Shown here: positions 27,883-36,908 of the stretch, one piece after another
How the letters are laid out: each line of letters opens with the position of its first letter
Numbering within the stretch: position 1 is the stretch's first letter
Source: an uncultured virus (IMG/VR IMGVR_UViG_3300042350_005045)
Taxonomy: Duplodnaviria; Heunggongvirae; Uroviricota; Caudoviricetes
Strand: one strand, 5' to 3'
IMG/VR virus record: IMGVR_UViG_3300042350_005045
Length of the DNA stretch: 64,000 bases
The notes under the pieces: model-generated
What the model was told of the DNA's origin: nothing
The model's database searches: none
The model's input: only the letters and a program-made list of their open reading frames with translations
Program-made: the position numbers and the translations under genes

Positions 27883-30512
27883 AGCACTTCTACGGGTTCT
27901 TCCATTCTCTCATGGTTATCCATGGTTGGATCAACACCATACATAGGTGCATATTTTTCAGGGTTTGCGGCTACCTCTACAACCGATGGGTAGTTCTCAT
28001 ATTTGGTTGGGTTGGACTCCCTGATTGCCACATTAAAGATCTGTAAACCTTTGGTAGTTTTCTTGGAGAAGACATTGATCTTGAGCTGGTGCTTACAGAT
28101 ATCAAAGAAGAGCACTTCAAAGCGACCACGACCAACCGATCCAATGTTGGTACCACGGCAGAACTCAGCATAACTGGGATACAACCATTGATTCCAGTTG
28201 TTGTAGTAGTTGTTGGTTCCTTGTGCAGCTTTACAGATACCAAGGACCGACCTTACACCTGGATCAAAGACCAGATGCTTGTCCATCCAATCAAGCACGG
28301 GGTTGGAACGCAGGCTTTGCTCCTTCTCATACCGCTGGAAGAAATCAACATGCTTGGCGGTTTCCATCAGGTAGGAACGCATGTCTTCTTCCGACATGTC
28401 CAGGAGCCAGTTCACAAGCCCTGGCAGCAAGGGAGAAAAGATTCCCTGCGGATTTCCCTTGGCATCAAACTTGATCAGTTCTTTTTGTTCATGTTGTGCG
28501 CCCGTAAACGGACGATCGAATGGAATGGTGAGACGACGACGGGCAAGACCAGATGTGTAATCAGTGGACTGGATGGCTTCATTAGCAGTAATGATGACCA
28601 TCCCGTGGTACTGGAATGGATCTAACGTTTCCCCCTGATACTTACGCTCAGAACGAATCCAGTCACCACCCGTGATTGCTTTCAGCTTGGATACGGAGCC
28701 ACCCCAACGATCAGCATCCTGAAACAGCAGGAGCTTTTTACCCATGTAGGCCGCTGCTTCAAAGCGGTTCTTTTCCATGTTCTCAAAGTCTGTGGAGTAG
28801 GTATTGCTCTTGCCAACCAGCGCTACCGCCAGGTTTGCGTAGGTTGATTTACCTGATTTACCAGGACCCACAATCTCAACAAACTTCTGGATCTCGTAGC
28901 AACCCAGCAGTGTTGCCCGCAACCATGCCCTAAGTACCTGGGTGCGATTCCAGGAATTGTGTTGGGTGTGCTTCAGCCATTTAATAATGTCTTCACAGGT
29001 AGCCGATGCGTCGTACTCGTACGGCATCTGCTGCGTCATGTAGAAATCACGGCGGAAAGGATGCAGCTCCCTAGTTGCTACTTCTAATACACCGTTGGTA
29101 AAGAGCAGGTATTCAGCACCGTCATACCACTCATCAAACGGAATCATGGACTGGAGCTGTTTGTAGATGTCCTCTAGCAGGTTTTGCGTAAAGCCGTTGG
29201 GCAACCAATCGGTGGTGGAAAGGTACTGCATTTTTGCCCGGATGGAGCCCATCATCTCCACCCTGGTCATACGCTCCCATAATCCTTTACGCTTGTCGTA
29301 TAAGAAAAATTGATTATGAGGTTGACTAAACCGGAGATCTCCGTTGAACATGGCGAAGACCTGATCCGCGATGACGCTCGATGGCAATCTCTTCGGCTTT
29401 TCATTTTTTGAGTCTTCTTTCTTGCTGGGGTTCCACGACACCGGAGTCGTTGTCGATTGAACGCTACGTGCAGAAGGATCTACCAATTCAACAAGTGCTT
29501 CCATGTGGGCTGCAATGTCCTGTTCAAGTTGAGGAAGAATTTCAGATACAGCGGTTATTGTCTCATCATCAACACTTTGAACACGGTGATCTTCAGACTG
29601 AACCCACCCATACTCCTTTGCAGCATGAATTAGAGAACCAATCCCACGACCACCATTCCGGCTAAAGGAGAGCCAACGCTTATGGCATTCACCCTCTTTG
29701 TACTTATCGGATTGTTTGGACCATTCATCCCATACGTCCAGCAGCGATTCATCCAACGAATGAAGCGTCTGACCGACCATGATCCAGATGTCGTAGTCAT
29801 CAGTGGCTTCTGGAGGCATGCCCCAAGTTGCTTCCGTCGCAAGCTTGATGTCCCGATCAAGGCCAACAACAGATTGAATAGCAAACGTTGGACCAATGAC
29901 CCGTGATGTTTCCTGGGATGGTTTCCCTAGCTTGGCATTCTTGGTGATGATGCCATTCAGAATCCATTCCGGCAGTTCAGGCAGATCACTGGCCCACTCA
30001 AAACCAAGGTTGTCTTCTGTGTAATACCCATCCGTTTGCGGATGTACACCCATCAACACCCCTTGGTGCCGCTTCCACAGGATCTCAAGCTTTTCTTTAT
30101 TTTCTTCTGCGTGCCAAACGTATTTGTTGCGGAGGAAGTGCTTGTGTTTCTCCCGATCTAGTTTGTAGAGTTTCCGTTCGCGGCCGATTTTACCGCTGAA
30201 GATGGTAAGGGTGGCAGGCAACGCGTCTTGGAGGGGGAGTCCACTGATCTGTTCGACAAGGGAGTATACGCTTGGGCCATCCACATCCACCCATACAAGG
30301 CCAAAGGGATGGTTGTAGACAGGACCACCAAGGACGCCGATTGCTTTGCAGTCACCTGTTGCAAGTTCCTCTTCAATTTCTTTGACACTAAACGGTTTGT
30401 TCTGCCATCCCTGGATGTAAGGATCTTTGTTGCCACCTAGTGGAGTGAGTGGCCAATCCAGAGGGATGAGGTCGAGACGAATTTCGCCTGGCTTAATGGA
30501 TTGATTTGTCAT
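27879..30512 (-). CDS. Primase-polymerase / PriCT-2 / D5-like SF3 helicase
   Basis: WVDVDG; DDYDIWIMVG...WDEWS..SDKY; GPGKSGKST Walker A; KLKAITGGD; RRRLTIPF. Confidence 0.92.
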   Translation of the reverse strand: MTNQSIKPGEIRLDLIPLDWPLTPLGGNKDPYIQGWQNKPFSVKEIEEELATGDCKAIGVLGGPVYNHPFGLVWVDVDGPSVYSLVEQISGLPLQDALPATLTIFSGKIGRERKLYKLDREKHKHFLRNKYVWHAEENKEKLEILWKRHQGVLMGVHPQTDGYYTEDNLGFEWASDLPELPEWILNGIITKNAKLGKPSQETSRVIGPTFAIQSVVGLDRDIKLATEATWGMPPEATDDYDIWIMVGQTLHSLDESLLDVWDEWSKQSDKYKEGECHKRWLSFSRNGGRGIGSLIHAAKEYGWVQSEDHRVQSVDDETITAVSEILPQLEQDIAAHMEALVELVDPSARSVQSTTTPVSWNPSKKEDSKNEKPKRLPSSVIADQVFAMFNGDLRFSQPHNQFFLYDKRKGLWERMTRVEMMGSIRAKMQYLSTTDWLPNGFTQNLLEDIYKQLQSMIPFDEWYDGAEYLLFTNGVLEVATRELHPFRRDFYMTQQMPYEYDASATCEDIIKWLKHTQHNSWNRTQVLRAWLRATLLGCYEIQKFVEIVGPGKSGKSTYANLAVALVGKSNTYSTDFENMEKNRFEAAAYMGKKLLLFQDADRWGGSVSKLKAITGGDWIRSERKYQGETLDPFQYHGMVIITANEAIQSTDYTSGLARRRLTIPFDRPFTGAQHEQKELIKFDAKGNPQGIFSPLLPGLVNWLLDMSEEDMRSYLMETAKHVDFFQRYEKEQSLRSNPVLDWMDKHLVFDPGVRSVLGICKAAQGTNNYYNNWNQWLYPSYAEFCRGTNIGSVGRGRFEVLFFDICKHQLKINVFSKKTTKGLQIFNVAIRESNPTKYENYPSVVEVAANPEKYAPMYGVDPTMDNHERMEEPVEVL

Positions 30513-30969
30513 GCGTCCACCGAATTCTTGATTTCTACTTTAAAGGCTTTGTCCGGGAAAAAGTCCTCCTTCAGGATGCTGTAGGCATGGAGATGCATGA
30601 GTGTGGGCAGATAAAAACAGTCCCCATCCATCGCACTTGTCATGCGACTCATGAGACTATTCATCCACTCACCCGTGCCGATGTTGATGTCCATCGTGGG
30701 GAGGGCCTGGTTGTGTGTCCCTTTATCCTACGGCTCCCAACTCATGGAACCCATCAAAACAAAATTAAGATCTTTGGGTCTCATTAGACTCACGTTCTTT
30801 ATACGCCGCGCGTTTATCAATGGATTCAAACTCTCTCATCATCTTGTTATATAACGTAATAGCGTCTTCTTTTGTGACGACCGCCCGCTCACACGCGATC
30901 GTCCATGCCAGGCGCTTCCTGCATTCCATCTTGCCGTTGGGGTTGTAGGGCACCAGTCTACCAAAGACT

Positions 30970-31824
30970 TTAGATGAGATCCGGATCGTAGACGTTACAG
31001 TTTTCAATCTGAGTGTAGTACTCCTCTACGATCTTGTACCAATCATCCCGCAGTGAGTCTAAAAACCTGCGGGAGATCTTAAATACCTGGGTACGAATCG
31101 GAGTTGATACCAAGATTGCTGCTTGCTGGACCTTCATACCAAGGGTCTGTTCGATGGCAATGTCATAGGCCGCCAACTGCTTGCAGGTCTTTTTGAATTT
31201 CATGTGACCACCAAGCAGATCTCTCCATTCTTGGGAGCCCTTCTCAAGGTCTTTAGGCCACTTGCGGCTATAGGGTTTAACGCTTGTCTTTAGGTCGGCA
31301 AGCGTTAGTTTGTTATTGGCAACAGCAATAATGTCAGGAGCACCAGCCCAAGCACGGCCCTCGGGATCGCAACCCCAGACGCGAGCCACGTCATCAGCAC
31401 CAATAGTAAAATTAAATTTGTCCAGCACGGGAGATTCAGCCCAGAGAACTTCCTGAAACTGATCAAGAATCGCTGGCATACCCGCCCAAAAGTCCGCATA
31501 ATCCTCTTTGATTTCCGGATTTTTATTTCCTTTGAGATACTGTTCCATGCCATAGTGGATGGCTGTACCCCTTTCGGCAGCAGCTTCTTTAACACCTGGA
31601 TTATTTTTGGACCACATTTCAAGCTTCCGTTTATTTGCTTCGGAAGCTGTCTCACCAATGATAGTAGTTACAGACGGCGCAGGTCCAGTAGGTAACGGCG
31701 TTGTGTAGTGTCTTTTACCGTTAAGCGTAATTCTGGCTGCGGTCTTATTGATTGACCGCATAACTTCTGGTTGCTCGTCCTTGGCTTTGATCCAAGGATC
31801 GGATGTACCTATCTTAGCAACCAT
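30970..31824 (-). CDS. PD-(D/E)xK exonuclease
   Basis: PSVTTII...ERGTAIH...AGAPD...ADLKTS...QLAAY. Confidence 0.85.
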   Translation of the reverse strand: MVAKIGTSDPWIKAKDEQPEVMRSINKTAARITLNGKRHYTTPLPTGPAPSVTTIIGETASEANKRKLEMWSKNNPGVKEAAAERGTAIHYGMEQYLKGNKNPEIKEDYADFWAGMPAILDQFQEVLWAESPVLDKFNFTIGADDVARVWGCDPEGRAWAGAPDIIAVANNKLTLADLKTSVKPYSRKWPKDLEKGSQEWRDLLGGHMKFKKTCKQLAAYDIAIEQTLGMKVQQAAILVSTPIRTQVFKISRRFLDSLRDDWYKIVEEYYTQIENCNVYDPDLI

Positions 31825-31976
31825 CGACGGTTTTGTATATTGCTGCTAGCTTAGCAGATGAATCGACAGATTGGTATGGACGGATTTAACTACGCGATTG
31901 CCTCGATCCTTGGCGCAATGCTCGTTGTGATTAGCATGGACGCCTACCTCTTCTTCACAGAAGTGTTGTCACGGCA

Positions 31977-32219
31977 ATGAACAAGTTCTGGCTTGGCCTT
32001 CAAGGGTATTTCTCCTGTGTCTCCTGGATCCCTGGAGCAGTGCTTAAATTTCTTTGGGAGGAGTACCCTGACCTCAAGTTTTGGAAACGACACACAAACC
32101 TTGACGATCACATCTGGTATGCCGAACGTGTCAATGGGCGCATTGCCATGCTGGCCCTTACCTTTCTCCTGATCTGGTGTATTACCCATGACATCAAACT
32201 TAACGAGATTTTATTTTGA
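31977..32219 (+). CDS. hli: High-light-inducible protein-like
   Basis: AERVNGRIAMLAL chlorophyll-binding motif followed by a TM helix. Confidence 0.8.
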   Translation: MNKFWLGLQGYFSCVSWIPGAVLKFLWEEYPDLKFWKRHTNLDDHIWYAERVNGRIAMLALTFLLIWCITHDIKLNEILF

Positions 32220-32349
32220 GTTTGACGAAGACTCTCGCACTGGTTGTTTTGAGGGACTTTCTTTCCTTGATGTAGAAACTATTGAAGCCGATCAGTACGA
32301 AAACGAGTTACAATCACAAGACATTTCCTATACCCGCGTTGACCTCTGA

Positions 32350-32956
32350 TATGACTACTTCTTGGGATAAGTACTTTCGGGATGTCTATCCCAAGCTGGG
32401 TGCCCGTGGCAACACCTTTAAACAGATTTTCAATTATCTAGATGGATTCGGAGATCCTTTTATTATTGAAACAGGTACCTATCGAGAAGAAAATAACTAT
32501 ACGGGCGACGGTTGTTCAACGCTTTTGTTTGACAACTATCTTAGTTATAGAACTGTAGGAGAGTTGGTATCTATCGATATTGATCCTGTTGCTTGCAAAT
32601 TAGCCGAAGAAAATGTAACATACACAGACTCGTATATTATTTGTTCTGATTCAGTTGAATTTTTAGGAGAGCATGCAAGTAACGGAGAAGTTTCTTTGTT
32701 GTATTTAGACTCATTTAACATCACGAATTGGAACAACGATTGGGCACCGGCTGCGCATCACCTCAAGGAGTTGTTTGCTGCCAAAAACCTAATTGTCCCT
32801 GGGACTTTGATCGTTGTTGATGACAACATCAAGACACCAGACGGCAAACGCCTGGGCAAAGGACGTTTAATTTACGAGCTGATGGATGCTCTTGGTATCG
32901 AACCTTTGTTTGACGAATATCAAATCGGTTGGATTTGGTCGGAAGAATACGAGTAA
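32350..32956 (+). CDS. Class I SAM-dependent methyltransferase
   Basis: IIETGT...SIDID...SDSVEFL...LLYLDS...LIVVDDN. Confidence 0.8.
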
Positions 32957-33416
32957 ACCACATGCCTTGGTAGTAGTATTACACCAAGGCTTTTGTTTTT
33001 ATCGTGCAACAATACATTAGTTGCTACGATAAAGACATGATCATTGTTCCTGTATTTCGTAAACCCAAGGAATCTGAAATGGCTCTTTCCACTCAAGTCA
33101 AAGAAGCAGTCGATCAAGCTTCCAATTGCTTGCGCGACGCCCTTGCCTTTGCTGCACGCACCGAGCATCCGTTGACTGTTAACACGCTTTCAGATTTGCT
33201 GTGCCGCCTCGAATCACTGGAGCAGGTGGACGAATTGATGCAGCACTTCTCCAGCAAGAACGATGCTCAGTCCCCAAAGCGATGAAGAGCGTCTAGCTAA
33301 GTACTTTGCTCAACTAGGGCGAGAGTTTCCGTACATCACTAAACGTGATGTTGATGACGTTTTGTTGCGTCCATGTAAGTATCGTAAAATACTAGAAGAG
33401 AAAAAGAATAATCCTG

Positions 33417-33515
33417 ATGCCTCAGGATGATAGCAAGTATTCAAAACCTGAGTTACGCGAACAAATTAAAGATCGCGTGATGGCGGGTTCTAAAGGTGGT
33501 AAGCCTGGTCAGTGA
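33417..33515 (+). pseudogene. Truncated 5' copy of the small basic-protein (DUF5872-like) gene
   Basis: MPQDDSKYSKPELREQIKDRVMAGSKGGKPGQ, then TGA where the second copy has TGG. Confidence 0.8.
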
Positions 33516-33550
33516 TTTTGTGCTATAGTAAGAAAAGCACAAACCAACCA

Positions 33551-34159
33551 ATGCAAAAACTTTGCCGGGAATGCGGAACCAGAAAGCCGCATGAAAATTT
33601 TGGGAATAAAGGGTATAACTCAGCCGGAAATATAAAAAGAGACAGTGTATGCAAGGATTGCAGATCTTTGATCAACCGTCGATTTAGATTATTGTATGGA
33701 GCAGACGGTCAAAAACAATGCTCTAAATGTGCTCATTATTTAGATTGGGATTGCTTTAGAAGAAGAAAGCAAGACGGTAAATTATATCTTCATTCTTCAT
33801 GTAAAACTTGCAATAAGTTAAGTTGGGATAAATGGGTAGATAACAATAAAGAACATTATCAAAAAGTTAAAAAACAAGGGCAAGATTTATTACATCACAA
33901 TCACAAAAAATATGAGCGCAGAGGGATAACAAAAGAGCAATACGACATTGTGTTTGAGGCCCAAGAAGGTTTATGCGCAATTTGCCAAGAGCCTCCCAAG
34001 GATAAACAATCTTTAGCCATGGACCATAATCATCAAACCAATGAGTTCAGAGGTTTATTGTGCAAAGAGTGCAACAGAGCCCTAGGTTTATTTGGTGATA
34101 ATATAGATGTATTGACAAACGCAGTCACTTATCTTAAAGAACGAGGAAGTTATGGCTGA
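33551..34159 (+). CDS. Endonuclease VII-type homing endonuclease with N-terminal Zn-ribbon repeats
   Basis: GITKEQY...Q.GLCAIC...LAMDHNH.T...RGLLCKECNRALGLFGDN...AVTYL. Confidence 0.9.
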   Translation: MQKLCRECGTRKPHENFGNKGYNSAGNIKRDSVCKDCRSLINRRFRLLYGADGQKQCSKCAHYLDWDCFRRRKQDGKLYLHSSCKTCNKLSWDKWVDNNKEHYQKVKKQGQDLLHHNHKKYERRGITKEQYDIVFEAQEGLCAICQEPPKDKQSLAMDHNHQTNEFRGLLCKECNRALGLFGDNIDVLTNAVTYLKERGSYG

Positions 34160-34463
34160 AGACAAAAGCAAGTACACAAAACCAGACCTGCGTGAGCGTA
34201 TCAAAAACAAAGTTATGCGGGAAGGCCGTGGGGGTAAACCGGGAGAATGGTCGTAGCCGTAAGGCTAACTAATTATTTCGGCGCGTAAGGCTCAGCTTGT
34301 TGCAAGTGAGTACAAGGAAGCTGGTGGTGGATACAAAGGCGGTAAAGGTAAAAAACAAAAGTCCCTGGAGAAATGGGGCAAAGAAAAGTGGATGACAAAA
34401 GACGAATATGAGAAACGTGGTAAGGCTAAAGCTGCAGCTAAAAAATATAAGGAGAGCAAGTGA
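34152..34463 (+). CDS. Small basic protein (DUF5872-like) interrupted by a 27-nt stop-containing gap (34254-34280); candidate translational bypass
   Basis: MAEDKSKYTKPDLRERIKNKVMREGRGGKPGEWS | ARKAQLVASEYKEAGGGYKGG...; removing the gap restores GGKPGEWSARKAQ. Confidence 0.75.
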
Positions 34464-34669
34464 TGACAGACAAGGCTATACAAAAGGGATATACTAAGCG
34501 TTACTTACCAGAGTCTGCGTGGGCATCACTGTCTAAAGAAGAACGTCAAGAGACAGATCAAAAGAAAAGAGCTGGTAGTCGCGAAGGTAAACAATTTGTA
34601 CCTAACACAGATACCGCAAAAAAAGCAGGACGTGCTGCTCGTGTAGCAAAACGCTACAGGGATAAGTAG
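34460..34669 (+). CDS. Small basic protein
   Basis: RYLPESAWASLS...TDQKKRAGSREGKQFVPNT; coupled to the preceding stop codon. Confidence 0.75.
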   Translation: MMTDKAIQKGYTKRYLPESAWASLSKEERQETDQKKRAGSREGKQFVPNTDTAKKAGRAARVAKRYRDK

Positions 34670-34702
34670 TGCCTTTATACTTAACAAAGATTCCTTTTTA
34701 CC

Positions 34703-34852
34703 ATGGAAAAGAAAAAACCTGTACCTCCCAAGAAAGGTGCTGTACCCCCTAAGGGGAAAGGTGGTGCATCTGCTAAGCAGACCGAAGCACGTGACAAGTT
34801 TAAAGAGATGATTGCCAAGAAAAAAGAAGCGGCAGCCAAAAAGAAAAAGTGA
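34703..34852 (+). CDS. Very lysine-rich small protein
   Basis: MEKKKPVPPKKGAVPPKGKGG...KKKEAAAKKKK. Confidence 0.6.
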   Translation: MEKKKPVPPKKGAVPPKGKGGASAKQTEARDKFKEMIAKKKEAAAKKKK

Positions 34853-34965
34853 CGCCCGTGTTGTGATATCCTGACACGTGGAGCAATTCAGCTCTAGGGG
34901 TAATAGTCGAAACCCCTTTCACGCTACAAATACGTAGTGCTCAATAGAGCAAGGAAGGAAGCTAG

Positions 34966-34993
34966 GATCCCGGCATAACAACCGGGATTTTTT
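34966..34993 (+). terminator. Intrinsic terminator
   Basis: ATCCCGG-CATAACAA-CCGGGAT followed by a T-run. Confidence 0.7.
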
Positions 34994-35629
34994 GTGGCGT
35001 ATCTCAACCACAACCTACCTACCTTTACTTGCTATATACGCAACGAGTTTTTGTACAACCACAAGCAAGGCCATGGCGAGGTAACGCCTTGCGACGTCCA
35101 CTCCGTTGCATCCCTGGAGAAACGCGTCCCTTTGTTTGAGGTGTTTTTAGAGAATGGCGTCAACTGGACCCGTCGCCCAATCCATGCGTTGTGCTGGAAA
35201 CAAGATGCACCAGTCCCTGTGTTGAACGAGTGTATGTGGTGGGATTGCTTCTCCCCCTACATTGATGTACAGGTACGCTCACGTCTTGCCAACTTACGTG
35301 CAGAACTGATTAACTACAAAGGAGAACGCAATCAAGGCGTCTACATGTTTACTTTAGATTGGTCTTGGGAGTCCAAGTCAACTCTTAACACTAACTTCAG
35401 TGAAACGCCCGAGCATAAGTGTGCGCACTTCTTCCGCATGGATAACGGAAACTTCTACGCTTATCCCAATAACAAAATCATTTGGTACGATGATGCCTGG
35501 CTGCGCAACAGGATCGATAAGAACCCTGGATACGAAATTGACTTAAATGAGTACAGTGTTGAGAACTCACGCATGATTGAGACATCAGATCATTTCATGT
35601 ATGACACAACACCTTCGGTGTGTGTATAA
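34994..35629 (+). CDS. Conserved hypothetical phage protein
   Basis: 211 aa; YIRNEFLY...RRPIHAL...WDCFS...YMFTLDW...EHKCAH...GNFYAYPNN. Confidence 0.7.
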   Translation: MAYLNHNLPTFTCYIRNEFLYNHKQGHGEVTPCDVHSVASLEKRVPLFEVFLENGVNWTRRPIHALCWKQDAPVPVLNECMWWDCFSPYIDVQVRSRLANLRAELINYKGERNQGVYMFTLDWSWESKSTLNTNFSETPEHKCAHFFRMDNGNFYAYPNNKIIWYDDAWLRNRIDKNPGYEIDLNEYSVENSRMIETSDHFMYDTTPSVCV

Positions 35630-35635
35630 TAATTG

Positions 35636-35937
35636 AGTTCCCCCTCTCTTTCCGATGGGGCTCGGGTGACTCGTTAGGCAGATAGCCTAGAAGGAGAACC
35701 CAAGATAGAGGTGCAGTCCCTGTCTGGATACGCCTGGTTAACTCACAGCCCGATTGTCGGTACGCCAGTCACACTGCATCCATCTATCAGCAACACCCCC
35801 TATGCTTAGCTCCGGGACGCTGGATGATGCACAAACCAGGGGGTCACTAATTAAGGGTGCAACAAGGAACGTTGCATTAAACAAAGAGTCCCCTAGGCCG
35901 CATCGTAGATTATCGTCGGCGGATACTCTTGCCCTGT
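35636..35937 (+). ncRNA. Candidate ~300-nt structured RNA upstream of tRNA-Pro
   Basis: TGTGTATAAT extended -10 at 35621-35630; several nested stems; no credible ORF. Confidence 0.5.
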
Positions 35938-35939
35938 TC

Positions 35940-36011
35940 CGAGATGTAGCGCAGCGGTAGCGCATCTGTTTTGGGAACAGAAGGTCACAGGTTCGATCCC
36001 TGTCATCTCGA
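35940..36011 (+). tRNA. tRNA-Pro (TGG)
   Basis: Acceptor stem CGAGATG/CATCTCG, anticodon stem TCTGT/ACAGA with TGG at 35972-35974, T-loop TTCGATC. Confidence 0.95.
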
Positions 36012-36064
36012 TATAACAAACATCAATAAATACCTTATATTAATTACACGAATAAAATTTATGA

Positions 36065-36319
36065 ATGCCCTGGAGCCAGGCCAAAAAACGTATCGATAAG
36101 AATCGACAGAAACTTCTGGAGTACAAGAAGACTCTGCAATGCAAGAAGTGTGGGTTGAATGATCATCGTGTCCTTGAGTTCCACCACATAGGTGACAAAG
36201 ACAATAACATTTCATCCATGGTGAACCATGGTTACGCCTGGAGCAGGGTCGAGCAAGAGATCAGTAAATGTATCCCGTTATGCTGCAACTGTCATAGGCT
36301 TACCCATTACGTAGAGTAG
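36065..36319 (+). CDS. Small HNH protein
   Basis: CKKCG...LEFHH...KCIPLCCNCHR..H. Confidence 0.8.
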   Translation: MPWSQAKKRIDKNRQKLLEYKKTLQCKKCGLNDHRVLEFHHIGDKDNNISSMVNHGYAWSRVEQEISKCIPLCCNCHRLTHYVE

Positions 36320-36863
36320 CTTTAATAAACCAAGCAGCCTTGAAGGCTTGACCACACAACTCAGCCATGTAGTTTTGAATATCAATGGCACCCACCTTGG
36401 CCGCAACAGGCTCCAGTTTTTTTGACTTCATGCCCAGTTCCTCCAGGTTTTTGTAGTACGTGGCGAGCATCTCTGTTCCCTTGTAGCTGGTAACGTGTTG
36501 AATGCCAGGACCAGCATCAGCTAGTCCCCTGGCGCACATGGGCATTAGGTAGTCCATGCTGCGGATGAACTCACCTAACGTATCGAACTGTTCCAGATGA
36601 GCTTCGTATTGGTCTTTAAGGAACCCATGCACCCCGAGGAAGTTCGCCCCCTCGTAGTTCAGGTGAATGAGATGGGATTGTGTCTCAAGTTCCTTGAGGT
36701 AGGAAGCAAGGGAGATGCATTGCTGGATGAAGGCCCCGACATCACCATTCTTTGACTTGCCAGGAGCCTTGGGCTTTGCTTGAGGCTCTGGAGTCACCCC
36801 AGTATTGAATGGCTCCACCCCCATCTGGGGTGGTTGTTGCGTTTGAGGACCAGGGGTATACAT
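36300..36863 (-). CDS. Dps/ferritin-like protein
   Basis: HLIHLNYEGANFLGVHGFLKDQYE...DTLGEFIR...KAAWFIKA. Confidence 0.8.
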   Translation of the reverse strand: MYTPGPQTQQPPQMGVEPFNTGVTPEPQAKPKAPGKSKNGDVGAFIQQCISLASYLKELETQSHLIHLNYEGANFLGVHGFLKDQYEAHLEQFDTLGEFIRSMDYLMPMCARGLADAGPGIQHVTSYKGTEMLATYYKNLEELGMKSKKLEPVAAKVGAIDIQNYMAELCGQAFKAAWFIKATLRNG

Positions 36864-36908
36864 AGCTTTTAATCAATAGTTCTAGTTTACCAAAAACAAA
36901 TCAATCCC

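Noticed and set aside
33516..34277. Self-splicing intron explanation for the endonuclease insertion
   Set aside because: Only ~35 nt and ~27 nt of non-coding flank, no group I/II core motifs, and a simple excision does not restore CAG TGG TCG.
34254..34280. Genome-wide stop-codon reassignment or simple readthrough
   Set aside because: The gap has TAG plus two TAA; TAA, TAG and TGA all terminate other genes here; no suppressor tRNA seen.
35738..36019. ORFs across the structured RNA and tRNA-Pro, and 53198-53503 across tRNA-Leu
   Set aside because: They overlap clear tRNAs and have no protein-like features.
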